Shown: positions 1 to 9,494 of the stretch, in pieces
Layout of the letters: the number at the start of each line of letters is the position of its first letter
Position numbering within the stretch: position 1 is the stretch's first letter
Virus record (IMG/VR): IMGVR_UViG_3300043407_000008
Location: 1 to 34,080 of that record
DNA from: a virus
Taxonomy: Duplodnaviria > Caudoviricetes
DNA: 34,080 nt
Reading direction: 5' to 3' (one strand)
Translations under genes and position numbers: made by a program
The notes under the pieces: model-generated
What the model was told of the DNA's origin: nothing
The model's input: the letters and a program-made list of their open reading frames with translations, nothing else
Databases searched by the model: none

Positions 1-1083
1 ATAAACTGATGGATCAGTTGCAATTCCAAAAGTATGTTGATTTAGAAATTGAGCCATATCATAACCCAAATCAACAAACATTTTTTTCACAGTAGTTGGA
101 GCATTTGACTGAAGCGCCCGTTTCATTGGCGTTGTGATAGCTTTGTAGAAAACGCTATCCGTAAGCCAGTTTGCAGGAATGCCATATGGATCATCAACAT
201 TAAAGCCAGAGTCTTCTATGTGACGAATGCCAAGTTCATTGCGAAGTTCTACAGCACTACGATCAATCTCTAAAGCTTGATCTCGCAATTCTTGTGGAGC
301 ATCAGGCGCTTCGGCTTGAGAGCGAAGAGCGTTTGCTTCAGAAACTTTTGCACTTAGTTGCGTGTTAATTTCTACATCGCTTAAAGCGCCAAACTGCCGT
401 TCTTCTTTTGGAGCGCGGGTAGCAAACATTTCAGGAGTAACGCTTATTGCGTTCTCGTTTGCTTTCTGAACTGTGTAAAACTCGTTGAGATACTGTTTTG
501 TTTTTTCAAAAGCTTGAGCGCGATTAATGGTTGGGGCTGAAACTACAGCACCAATAGCCGCACCAAACAAAACAGAAGAAGCAACATTAATGCCAGCTTC
601 TTGAAACGAAGCAGTAGGATCAGTGTATAGAATTGCACCTTCCCGAAGAGTTTCAATTGCCCCAACACTAACAGCAGTGCGTAGAGCGGAACGCCCAATA
701 GTTAATGCGGGGCCACCAAATGGAATGCCCAAATAATTAACTGGGTCAAGGAAACCAGCAAGAATTGTTTTTCCTGAAGTTGCCATCCCAAGGGTTTGCC
801 TTCTTTCAAGGGACCGATCAATTTGCTGACGCAAATGAACAGCAGCTTTTTCATTTGGAAGAGCAGCAAACTCATTGGCATAGTCACTATACTGACCACC
901 AATGTATTTCTTGAAGTCATACTTCGAGTCTTTGGTCCAGCCAAATCGGAAGTTGCGCTCTATTGTAGAGATGATGGGATCAAAAGTCCTATCTACAGTT
1001 GCTACTACAACATCGCCAAACGCTGGGCTTTTGGGCACAGGCCCAGAAGTAATGGGCATTCCAGTAAAGAATGTTTCAGCCAT
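1..1083 (-). CDS. Large internal virion (ejection) protein, N-terminal part; runs off the left edge of the window
   Basis: Not in the ORF track because there is no stop inside the window. ATG at 1083 lies directly after the stop of 1085..4381. The frame is open to position 1 (MAETFFTGMPITSGPVPKSP...LAGFLDPVNYLGIPFGG...QHTFGIATDPSVY). Its position after the other core genes fits an internal virion protein. Confidence 0.8.
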   Translation of the reverse strand, partial: MAETFFTGMPITSGPVPKSPAFGDVVVATVDRTFDPIISTIERNFRFGWTKDSKYDFKKYIGGQYSDYANEFAALPNEKAAVHLRQQIDRSLERRQTLGMATSGKTILAGFLDPVNYLGIPFGGPALTIGRSALRTAVSVGAIETLREGAILYTDPTASFQEAGINVASSVLFGAAIGAVVSAPTINRAQAFEKTKQYLNEFYTVQKANENAISVTPEMFATRAPKEERQFGALSDVEINTQLSAKVSEANALRSQAEAPDAPQELRDQALEIDRSAVELRNELGIRHIEDSGFNVDDPYGIPANWLTDSVFYKAITTPMKRALQSNAPTTVKKMFVDLGYDMAQFLNQHTFGIATDPSVY

Positions 1084-1084
1084 G

Positions 1085-4000
1085 TTACTTCCCTTTATTA
1101 AAGACGTTGGCGTTTGCCTTGTCATTACGTTCTGCTGCTGCTCTTGCCCCTTCTGAAATGCCTGTAGCTACTGAACTAAACCATTCATAAACAGGCGTTA
1201 TGCTAACATCTGGAAAAAGAGTAATTGCATTTGGATCAGCACCCATATCACCAGCAGCAAATTCTACATCAGCAGCAATACGAGCATTGCCAGCCGCAAT
1301 AGCTTCAGCATCTTTAATGCGTTGCGCATCCTCAAGCATTTTTACAAATGCAGGATCGTTACTGTTGATAGTCATAACTGGATAAAAGATCATTGGAGTT
1401 TCTCCAGCTTCTGGCTTTACTGGAATGACTACCTTTTCACGGACGGCAACTGAGTCGCCATCCATCCACCTCATTACAGTATAAGATGTTCCACTTGATG
1501 TGGGCGGGCCATCTGGGCGCAACATAATTTTAGGCAACTTGCTGTATGGCGTAGGTTCTCCTGCTGGATAGCCACCAAGCCCACCAACATTGGGAAGATA
1601 TTGCATAGTTCCTTTTTCAATATTAGTAAGATCAGCAACTACAGCACCAGTAATTTTTGTTCCATCTTCCATAAACCCATTTAGGTTTACGCGATCTAAC
1701 GTAAAGCCTTGGAAGGCTGGTGCATTTGCACCAAGAACAATTGATGGGGCAGAACGTGAACCCAATCCGCCAAGTCCATTTAATACCCACCCATCTGCTG
1801 GAAAGGATCGGTTAATTTGAGCGGTAAGAGTTTCTCGGATCGTATCAACGCTATTGCCAGTGACAGTTGACGCGCCAATCAATCCAAGAGTAGCGGCTGT
1901 AATTGCTGCCATATCCTCTGGCATAGCGCCATCCATGCCATCAAGAGAAGCCACAAACACATCAAGCGGTTCACCAAGTATCTCTTCAACAGTTTTTCTA
2001 TAGGTTTCGTTCCCTACATATTGATCATAGAGACGCATAGTTTGCTGTATTTTTTCTGGAGATTCTGCAAACAAAGATGAAGCGCCAGCTAACAAATCCA
2101 TCTTTGCAATGTCTTTTTGATCCATTGAAGCAATCACAGCGGGAGACATAATTTCACCGCCAGTAGTTTCATTTGTAGTGTAGCGAAGATTTTGCCACGC
2201 TCTTAAAGTATAGGATACTTTATCAGCCGAAAGCGTTCCGCGAGTAGCACCCCTAAATGCGTCAACAACGCTTTGAGGTAGAACTGACATAGAAGCCAAG
2301 TCATTTAGGGCTGTAGACATCTTTGGGTCATTAAACAACTGACCATTGCTGATAAGCAATCCAGCATTAAGGCCATTAAGTTCTGGATGCCCTTGAGTAA
2401 AAATCTCATCAGCAACAGTCCTAACTTTTGCATCAGAACCATCTGCATAACCAACCATAATGCTAAAAGCTAGTTTGCCTTTGGCAACTTTCTCAGCTTG
2501 AACCTTGTCATTTTCTCTTACGTTATCAATAAACTCGCCAGCTTTTGTTGCAAGGTTTGAATTTTGCCCAGAAATTGTTGTGTATTGACGAGCCTTATCA
2601 AGTTCAATTTTTTGAGCGGGAGTAAACATTTCTCCGCCCTGACCATCTGTAAGATATTTCTTTACGTTTATTAGTTGATCTTCATTCATAGTCTGCCCAG
2701 AAAAAGCACGGCTTAAGTGAGCAAGTGCAGCATTATGAGCAAGGTCTTTAGTTAAGCTTTTGCGGTCTTCATCACGCAAATTGCTATTTGCAAATGATGT
2801 AATGCCAGACTCATATACACCATCAATTGCATCTGGAAGAAGGTTTGCCATATGCAAACCAGCATTTGCTACATACGAAGAAGCAATTGTAAAAGACTGC
2901 AACTGCTTCTTTTCGGTAATAATTTTCCCAGTGTTTTCCCGATAATCTTGCGCAAAACTCCCAAAAGAATCAATGGAACCAGCAGAGATGTTTTCTAAAG
3001 CAAGAATTGCATTGGCGGTATCTTGAAATTGCTGAGGCAATTGGTTAACTTTTTGGCTTTTTATTGCACCCTCAATCAATGATGCCTCAGCTACACTTGC
3101 GCCATCTAACGCCCGAATAAACAATCCACGCTTTGCTGCGTTGAAAAGTATCGTTGCTTCTTCTGTGATGGCAGCAGCTTCATCAGTGCGACCATTAGAT
3201 TTAAGAAACGCTGCTTCTGATGTTCGATTAACAAAATCACTTTCTATAGAAGAAAGGACTGCTGGCAAAGGATTAGTTAACGCAATGCTAGTTACAGCAT
3301 TTGAACTAGCGGTTGCATTTGTCTTGATTTGCGCAGCAGCAATAATGTGTTGGCTTGTTGCAAAGTCTGCTTCTTGTCTTTCAATAACCTCTGCCGCCTG
3401 AAGAGCGTCATCAAAGATACCAGAAGAAAACTTTTCAAGATCAGCAAGCGCAGCATAGTTTGCCCCAAGACTAGCAATAGAATCTGCAATGTATGAATAC
3501 TTTTGCGGAACAATAGCTGGGTTCCCAGTTCCAATTGCAGAGTTCATTAGCTTTAATTCATCAGAAGTTGCGCCAGACTTTGCAGCATAACGGACAAGGC
3601 CACGGATACGCGCCATGCCCAGTTCTTGATATGCGGCCTTACCCTTATCAGGAGAAATCAAACCAGAAGTTACCCCATCATCAATGGCTTTCTTAACCTG
3701 AATTTCTGTAGAGTTAGAGATAGTGGGGTATGCGCCGCCAAGTGTAGGAGAGGAGGCCCTTTCACCTTCCTGAGTATATTGCCACTCCAAAAAGTTAGTG
3801 CCTTCGGCAATGCTACTCCCAAGAGAGTCAGCAGCGCCAGCACGTTCACGGCGGATTTGATCCATTGCCATCGCAGAGCGAGTAGCGTTGAGGTAGGAAG
3901 TGCCAACATCATTGATGTAGGTCTTGAACTGACCATCAGCGTTCTCAGTCATAGCGCCAATGTAATCAGACATAGCAGCAGTATAGCGGCCTACTGAGCC

Positions 4001-4381
4001 GTCATACTTCACTGCAAGTTCTTGCGCCTTTAGTTTGATCTCTTGCTCAATTCCAGTTTGGAAGCGAGACAAAACAACACGCTGATATGCCTCTTGAGCA
4101 ATCGTGCCAAAGCCTTGAGGTGCATCATAGGCAACTGGCTCACCCGTCTTAGGGTCAATCGCCAGCACCTTCTCCTGCGCAATTGCAGAGCCTTGCTCAA
4201 GGCCAGCCTTCTCAGCAGCTTGTGCGCCTTGGCGGAAGAACATATCCGCCATCTGATTAGCCCCAGCGGAAACAGCATTGGCTACTGTGCCAGCAGCATT
4301 GCTGCCAGAGACACCCGCAGATACACGAGCGACCCCAATGGGGCCGATTGTAAAGTTATTTCTCTCACGGATAACTGGCAT
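1085..4381 (-). CDS. Internal virion / ejection protein (1098 aa)
   Basis: Long helical, Ala-rich ORF lying after tail tubular B and a small core protein, matching T7 gp14-15-16 synteny. Confidence 0.7.
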   Translation of the reverse strand: MPVIRERNNFTIGPIGVARVSAGVSGSNAAGTVANAVSAGANQMADMFFRQGAQAAEKAGLEQGSAIAQEKVLAIDPKTGEPVAYDAPQGFGTIAQEAYQRVVLSRFQTGIEQEIKLKAQELAVKYDGSVGRYTAAMSDYIGAMTENADGQFKTYINDVGTSYLNATRSAMAMDQIRRERAGAADSLGSSIAEGTNFLEWQYTQEGERASSPTLGGAYPTISNSTEIQVKKAIDDGVTSGLISPDKGKAAYQELGMARIRGLVRYAAKSGATSDELKLMNSAIGTGNPAIVPQKYSYIADSIASLGANYAALADLEKFSSGIFDDALQAAEVIERQEADFATSQHIIAAAQIKTNATASSNAVTSIALTNPLPAVLSSIESDFVNRTSEAAFLKSNGRTDEAAAITEEATILFNAAKRGLFIRALDGASVAEASLIEGAIKSQKVNQLPQQFQDTANAILALENISAGSIDSFGSFAQDYRENTGKIITEKKQLQSFTIASSYVANAGLHMANLLPDAIDGVYESGITSFANSNLRDEDRKSLTKDLAHNAALAHLSRAFSGQTMNEDQLINVKKYLTDGQGGEMFTPAQKIELDKARQYTTISGQNSNLATKAGEFIDNVRENDKVQAEKVAKGKLAFSIMVGYADGSDAKVRTVADEIFTQGHPELNGLNAGLLISNGQLFNDPKMSTALNDLASMSVLPQSVVDAFRGATRGTLSADKVSYTLRAWQNLRYTTNETTGGEIMSPAVIASMDQKDIAKMDLLAGASSLFAESPEKIQQTMRLYDQYVGNETYRKTVEEILGEPLDVFVASLDGMDGAMPEDMAAITAATLGLIGASTVTGNSVDTIRETLTAQINRSFPADGWVLNGLGGLGSRSAPSIVLGANAPAFQGFTLDRVNLNGFMEDGTKITGAVVADLTNIEKGTMQYLPNVGGLGGYPAGEPTPYSKLPKIMLRPDGPPTSSGTSYTVMRWMDGDSVAVREKVVIPVKPEAGETPMIFYPVMTINSNDPAFVKMLEDAQRIKDAEAIAAGNARIAADVEFAAGDMGADPNAITLFPDVSITPVYEWFSSVATGISEGARAAAERNDKANANVFNKGK

Positions 4382-4957
4382 TTAGCCGATCCTTTCAGAA
4401 TGAGGAATACCGACTGTTCGGCGAGGACGAAACAATGGACCTGTTTTGATTTGATCGTATTGGTATAGACCACCAGCAATGGTGCTGAATGCGCCAACAA
4501 TAGAACTGAGCATCTGTCCACGACCTTCAGCAGTAATAGCAGCGGCACGTTGCTTGCCTTCAGCAATAGCAGACATAGACTCAGCTTGCATCTTCTGAGA
4601 GGTGATCTGAGCCATGAAGTCAGAGCGTGATGTATCACCAGCCGCAACTTCTTCTTGCCGCGCTAGGAATGCTGCAACAGTGCGATCCTGACCGCCAACA
4701 TCACGACCAGCCGCTGAGAAGGTAGCAATGTTTGCTGAGAGGTTTTCACGATAGAGTTCGAGACGATCATTGTGACGTTGCGCAGCCTCAGCCATATTTA
4801 GCTTGCGCTCAGTCTCAATGTTAAAACCTTCAAGGCGACCAGCAAACTCAGACTGCCAAGCGTTGAACTTGGCTGTCCTGTTTGCGCTGATGCCACCAAC
4901 AACAGAGGCCCCTGCTGAGATTAAACTTGAGGCTAGGAATAGAAGTGGGAGTGCCAT
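4382..4957 (-). CDS. Small internal virion protein (T7 gp14-like position)
   Basis: Hydrophobic Gly/Ala-rich N-terminus (MALPLLFLASSLISAGASVVGG), Ala/Gln-rich helical body and Gly-rich C-terminus; immediately follows tail tubular B. Confidence 0.7.
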   Translation of the reverse strand: MALPLLFLASSLISAGASVVGGISANRTAKFNAWQSEFAGRLEGFNIETERKLNMAEAAQRHNDRLELYRENLSANIATFSAAGRDVGGQDRTVAAFLARQEEVAAGDTSRSDFMAQITSQKMQAESMSAIAEGKQRAAAITAEGRGQMLSSIVGAFSTIAGGLYQYDQIKTGPLFRPRRTVGIPHSERIG

Positions 4958-7188
4958 TAGAATATCAACTCCGCGATTAGGCCGTTCACCTGAAGCGGCA
5001 GTGGATCATTTTGGCTAATAGTGATCTGCGGATCACGGCTAAAGCCATTAAGACGAAACTCTTTTTTGCCAGTGAATGCCGCAGTTGTTACAAGTGGGCG
5101 GGTGTTCACTGTTACAGAGCGCGTATCCTTTAGATCAAGGACGGCGCTGCAAACGCCACGGATGTCACCAGTGCGCGGACCATTTGCCGCTGCCACATCA
5201 ATCGGGTTAGTGATGATCTCAACTGGAAAGGATAGCCCGACATAGAAGTTGGAATATCCCGTGAACTCGGACACGCTGATAGTCGATCCACCACTCACAG
5301 TCTTGGTCCCAAGGTAGTCCAAGCGCCCACTGGTTGTTGCGCGGCCCACAACCTTAACCACAGTGGCTACTGGGAACACACTAGATGTTGAGATAGTAGG
5401 ACCAGCACTCTCTATATAGCTGTCTAACCCCACATCTTCTGCAAACTCGCATAGCTTCAGATAAGCACCATCCCAAATCGTAGCGAAGAGGCGGTTATCT
5501 ACAGCCGTCACTGATCCAAAACCATTACAGCTTGTCCACTTAACCCAGCCAGCCCGCTTCTCTGCGCGGTTAGAGCCAAAGATAGCAGCATTTCCATCGC
5601 TAGTAACTACCGCAGCATAAGACTCAGCGCCTTCAAATGCACCATGAACAACATCCATGTCGATAGGATTTTGCAGGATGTGCGAAGCAGCCGTTGATAC
5701 AGCAGTTGAGGTGTAGGCATTCTCAGTGTCTGTGTAGAGATACTCACGCAGCACGCTACCACCATGCTGAGAAAAGAGAGTAGCGCCATCCATAGGAGTA
5801 GGAGTAACAAACTGAGTCCCATAGGGAGTTTGCTTTCTGATCTGCGCATTTGCAGGAGTAATGGATTGGTTCAAGAAGGCAGGGACATAGAACTCAGAAG
5901 CATCGGTAAAGATTTGCAGATCACGACTTGAAACAATGTAACGGATTTCATTAACGTCACCCGTTGCGCCAACAAGGTTGAACGACTCGTTGTCAGCAGC
6001 CGTGCCGACATCAAAGTTAAAAAAGTGTCCAATCTTGCTAAACCATAGAGTATCAGGCTCTTCGATAGTCCCGCCAAAGACCAAACGGTTTTCATGGAAG
6101 GCAACCGCAGCAGGATAGCCGCGAACAGCCGAGTAAGACTGCTCATCCCAATAGTCTGTAGGGGCATGGGTCACGACCTTAACAAGCCCACCGCCATCAA
6201 TAGATGCGTTAGCAGTAGTGCCAGCCGTGATCGTGTAGGTATTCTTATCAATGATTGAACCAACAGTCCGAGCGCCATTGATTTGGTTTGCGTTAATGCC
6301 ACCAACCGCAGAAGCGCCTTCAATTGTAATTGACTCGCCGCCAGCAAAGCCGTGGTCAATATGAGTAACTTCAACTGTGGTGCTGCCATCAATTGTTCGC
6401 AGGGGATCAATGATACTTAAGCGAACACGCAGAGTATCTACAATTGTTCCAGTTACCTGAGTAGCAGACTGAACGCTAGTGATTGTGATTTCACTTTCAC
6501 CATAGCGAAGAACAACCCCAATGTGCTTTGAGTTGGGATAGCTTCCGCTTACCACTGCCCCAGTTGTATCAAAGTAGGCGGCGCTTGTAGTAAAGGTTAC
6601 GCCACTGCCACTCGTTGCACTTGGGTCAAGGCTTACGTTTTCAGCATGAAACTGGCTATAAGGCTGATAGATTTCCTTGTTGTCTGCCCGCTTATCAAAC
6701 GTATAAGGCGTAATGACAAAGGAAGTCAGGCCAGTGCGGATCAGCATCCTTGGCATAAACAAAGGATGGCAGATAAACATCACATCGCCATACTGGCTGT
6801 AGGTGTATTGATGCAGATAATCATCATCAAACGGCAATGCCGCGCTAAGAGTATCTGCGGTCAATGTAGTAACCAAGGTAACTGCTGTTGCCTCAACACG
6901 GAAGCAGCGCACCTTTGCATTCTCAATTGAGATTAGATATTGCTCATCATCTGAGAAAACAAACGGGACAATGTAAGACTGAAACGTCTTAGTCGTGTCT
7001 TTTGTTATATCAAAGCGGTAGAAATGCTTTAGGCCCCTGCGCTTTGCCACGCCGCCTTCAGCAAGAATAACCATGTTCTTAAGACTTTGAGCAGACGCAT
7101 TATAGATGGCGCTGTCTGTCCGCATCATAGCGGAACGACTAACCTCACCATACTGAAAGCTGTTGATAGGAATACGAACTTTCTGCAT
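4957..7188 (-). CDS. Tail tubular protein B / nozzle (T7 gp12 / P22 gp10-like)
   Basis: N-terminal SFQYGEVS...NMVILAEGGVAKRRG and GYPAAVAFHENRLVFGG motifs typical of podovirus nozzle proteins; 743 aa; synteny. Confidence 0.88.
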   Translation of the reverse strand: MQKVRIPINSFQYGEVSRSAMMRTDSAIYNASAQSLKNMVILAEGGVAKRRGLKHFYRFDITKDTTKTFQSYIVPFVFSDDEQYLISIENAKVRCFRVEATAVTLVTTLTADTLSAALPFDDDYLHQYTYSQYGDVMFICHPLFMPRMLIRTGLTSFVITPYTFDKRADNKEIYQPYSQFHAENVSLDPSATSGSGVTFTTSAAYFDTTGAVVSGSYPNSKHIGVVLRYGESEITITSVQSATQVTGTIVDTLRVRLSIIDPLRTIDGSTTVEVTHIDHGFAGGESITIEGASAVGGINANQINGARTVGSIIDKNTYTITAGTTANASIDGGGLVKVVTHAPTDYWDEQSYSAVRGYPAAVAFHENRLVFGGTIEEPDTLWFSKIGHFFNFDVGTAADNESFNLVGATGDVNEIRYIVSSRDLQIFTDASEFYVPAFLNQSITPANAQIRKQTPYGTQFVTPTPMDGATLFSQHGGSVLREYLYTDTENAYTSTAVSTAASHILQNPIDMDVVHGAFEGAESYAAVVTSDGNAAIFGSNRAEKRAGWVKWTSCNGFGSVTAVDNRLFATIWDGAYLKLCEFAEDVGLDSYIESAGPTISTSSVFPVATVVKVVGRATTSGRLDYLGTKTVSGGSTISVSEFTGYSNFYVGLSFPVEIITNPIDVAAANGPRTGDIRGVCSAVLDLKDTRSVTVNTRPLVTTAAFTGKKEFRLNGFSRDPQITISQNDPLPLQVNGLIAELIF

Positions 7189-7769
7189 TAGGTGCGCCTT
7201 TGATAGATAAACCTCGAAGTATTGAGTTTGCGGGTAGTCTGCTGCTGAGAATCAAGACGCCTCGCTTGCATCAAATACATACTTGCCTTCTGCTCGAACA
7301 GAGAAGCAAGTTGAGCATCACGCGCAACGGATACAGCAAGAACAGATGCCATTGAAAACTCTACGGCAATCGTAAAGTAGGGCAACCAGTTAGCCTCATC
7401 GGCGCGGAAGATGTAATCAGCAATTACCACATCTTGGGAAACGGCATTGCAATACGCTTTGTCGCCGTAGATGTCATATTCGATTGGGAAGTCATTGATC
7501 GTAAGTGCATTCAGCATCAGCATTCCAGATGGAAGCTGATAAGCTGAGTCAAAGCGACCAGTTGGAGCAGTTGCAAGCAGGGTTAGCGTTGCTTGATTGG
7601 TAGCAAAACGCCAACGGGTATTGGTCAAACAAGAGCGGGCAACATCTTCATACATTGCATCGCAAACATCCGACTCGACAGTCCCATCCGCAAAGGAAGA
7701 AATAGGAGAACCGCCCATCAGAACAGATGCGCGGGAACATACTTTGATTGCCGTGTTTGCTACGCTCAT
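7188..7769 (-). CDS. Tail tubular protein A / adaptor (T7 gp11-like)
   Basis: ASVLMGGSPISSF, WRFA and AYQLPS motifs; 193 aa; located between the capsid genes and the nozzle gene. Confidence 0.88.
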   Translation of the reverse strand: MSVANTAIKVCSRASVLMGGSPISSFADGTVESDVCDAMYEDVARSCLTNTRWRFATNQATLTLLATAPTGRFDSAYQLPSGMLMLNALTINDFPIEYDIYGDKAYCNAVSQDVVIADYIFRADEANWLPYFTIAVEFSMASVLAVSVARDAQLASLFEQKASMYLMQARRLDSQQQTTRKLNTSRFIYQRRT

Positions 7770-7778
7770 GTGTAAGTT

Positions 7779-7796
7779 GGGGGGCCGAAGCCCCCC
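7779..7796 (-). terminator. GC hairpin with cUUCGg tetraloop after the capsid genes (leaky terminator or translational element)
   Basis: Minus strand reads GGGGGGC-TTCG-GCCCCCC. The U-tail is poor (AACTT). The position is analogous to T7 T-phi. Confidence 0.55.
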
Positions 7797-7804
7797 TTCT
7801 CCTT

Positions 7805-8074
7805 TTAGTCGGTGTCGGTGGCAGTGACAACCACGCCATCGGTAACGTCTACAACGCCGCTAGAGTTAGCATTGCAGTAGAGTTGCGAGACTACGGGGGT
7901 TCCACCCGTAGAGGAGATGCAAAGAATTACATCATTCAGTTCGATCATCCCAGCAGCGTCATTGAAGTAACCGCTAGTGTTTACAGTTGCAACTGTATCT
8001 TCCGTTGAGTAGTGCCACAGCGACACGCCCGAAGCGCCAGCAAGACGAGTCAGGGAAGCGGGGGTATAAGCCAT
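7805..8074 (-). CDS. Putative capsid decoration / cement protein (89 aa)
   Basis: GGAG RBS; directly follows the major capsid gene; beta-rich sequence containing DTVATVNTSGYFND. Confidence 0.65.
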   Translation of the reverse strand: MAYTPASLTRLAGASGVSLWHYSTEDTVATVNTSGYFNDAAGMIELNDVILCISSTGGTPVVSQLYCNANSSGVVDVTDGVVVTATDTD

Positions 8075-8089
8075 TCTATCTGCTCCCTA

Positions 8090-8902
8090 TTAAGTGTTGT
8101 TGTCGCGGACTTTGTAGACGCCCGCGCTGTTGATAACGCAAGCACCCATCGACATCATAGAGGTAGTCAAGTGAGAGACTTTCTCTGGGATGTAGTTCAC
8201 TTCGGTCGTAACGTCCGCATTCACGCCAAGGCCAACAGCATTGGTATGGTATGCGAGGTTCGTGCCCGCAGTGATAGCCGAGGTCGAGAAGATTTTTAGA
8301 CCAAGGAACTCTTTCATGGTCATGCCGCCAGCGAAGGGCAGGTTCTGCGGGCCAACGTAGTCCGACGAAGCGAACTCAGTGATAGCAAACAGGTCTGCAA
8401 ACCCTTGAGGGTTCATCGCCAAGTAGCGTTGACCATCTTCGGGAACTTCGTTAGTGCCCAGCGTCTCGAACAAGGTCAACAAGTTGGCTTTGGTCAGAGC
8501 AGCGCCCGTCGAGGAAATAGAAGTGGCGCTTGCGCCAGCGGTCATTGCCGTTACCAACAGTTCGTCAGTCTTACGACCCAGAGCGGCAGCAGCCGACTGA
8601 GCAACAGCTTGACGCTCGTTGATGTTGATCTTCATTTCGTCGAGCTTGTCGATATACTCGGCTGCATAGAAGTCAGCCATCGTTGCTTCGACAGTGGTGT
8701 GTGCCAATTCCATTGGAGTAACGTTGCCATTACGCGACTTGGTGGTAGCAGTGCCAGTGCCGATCTTTTGGAATCGAGCGGTTGAGCCAGTTACATTCGA
8801 CGTGCGAACAGTGTTCCGCAGCTTGGAACCCATGCGCTGATACGCCATCTGAACTTCAGACTCGAACTGCTTGATGAAGGCTTGGTCAATTGTGTTTGCC
8901 AT
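8090..8902 (-). CDS. Major capsid protein
   Basis: Starts MANTIDQAFIKQFESEVQMAYQRMGSKLRNTV, with IDKLDEMKININER and AAAALGRKTD motifs typical of BPP-1-like podovirus capsids. ATG at 8902 is preferred over the TTG at 8908. Confidence 0.92.
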   Translation of the reverse strand: MANTIDQAFIKQFESEVQMAYQRMGSKLRNTVRTSNVTGSTARFQKIGTGTATTKSRNGNVTPMELAHTTVEATMADFYAAEYIDKLDEMKININERQAVAQSAAAALGRKTDELLVTAMTAGASATSISSTGAALTKANLLTLFETLGTNEVPEDGQRYLAMNPQGFADLFAITEFASSDYVGPQNLPFAGGMTMKEFLGLKIFSTSAITAGTNLAYHTNAVGLGVNADVTTEVNYIPEKVSHLTTSMMSMGACVINSAGVYKVRDNNT

Positions 8903-8930
8903 TTTCAAGGTCCATATGAGGTTTCGGTTG

Positions 8931-8997
8931 GACGGGTATCCGTCTTTTCACTTCGTCGAGGGTATCCTTGCGGGCCTCTCAGTGCAGCACGGGCCGT
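8931..8997 (-). ncRNA. Candidate structured cis-regulatory RNA in the capsid gene leader
   Basis: Nested helices carry the same C/AUAC internal loop twice, plus a GCAA tetraloop (see findings). Confidence 0.55.
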
Positions 8998-9494
8998 AGT
9001 GATTCAGCTTGAACATATTCTGCGTCAGATTGACAACGCACAAAACGAATAACGGACTGTCCATCTTCCTTTTCTATAAAACATTCTGGCTCAAAGCCAA
9101 GATAGGCCAGCCATTGATGGATCATTTCATTCTCAGTCCATACCTCAGAGTAAAGAGTTTCTCTCATTGAGTGGTAAAACTGGATCAGCAAATCAGAAGC
9201 GCGGGCAAAGCTGATCCAATTCTTGCGCAGATCATTAGAGAACAAAGCCCACATCATTCCAGAATCATCTTGGAGAATAATGCCCGTCATAGCGATTGGC
9301 TTTAAGTCTTTCTCCACAACGAAAACCAATTCATCTGGGCCAAGATCATAAAGTGCCTCAAGCGGAGAAATCTTATAGAGAGTTTCAAACTCTCTAAGGT
9401 TTTCTGTGCTAAGGTTGCGGATGAATGGGAGAATGTGCCGCTCTTCAAACGGCACAAGCTTTAATCCCCTAGATTCTATGATGCAATCAGCCAT
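8979..9494 (-). CDS. T7 gp13-like / GNAT-fold protein
   Basis: Pattern NL..ENLRE...SPLEAL...IAMTG...GMMWAL...F.R...V..EN....WL.YLGF resembles the gp13/DUF2833 acetyltransferase-like family. Confidence 0.65.
   Translation of the reverse strand: MADCIIESRGLKLVPFEERHILPFIRNLSTENLREFETLYKISPLEALYDLGPDELVFVVEKDLKPIAMTGIILQDDSGMMWALFSNDLRKNWISFARASDLLIQFYHSMRETLYSEVWTENEMIHQWLAYLGFEPECFIEKEDGQSVIRFVRCQSDAEYVQAESLRPVLH
9034..9044 (-). promoter_or_regulatory. Putative late-promoter motif TTTGTGCGTTG (copy upstream of the major capsid gene)
   Basis: Same 11-mer as 31285-31295 and one mismatch to 12315-12325; TATGTT lies 16 nt downstream. Confidence 0.55.

Noticed and set aside
702-1156. Track ORFs 702..944, 796..1101 and 902..1156
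   Set aside because: They are shadows of the long minus-strand frame that starts at 1083 and runs off the window edge.
7805-8092. Capsid read-through or frameshift fusion to the decoration gene (T7 10B-like)
   Set aside because: The capsid gene ends in tandem TAA TAG, the downstream gene has its own GGAG RBS, and I saw no slippery site.
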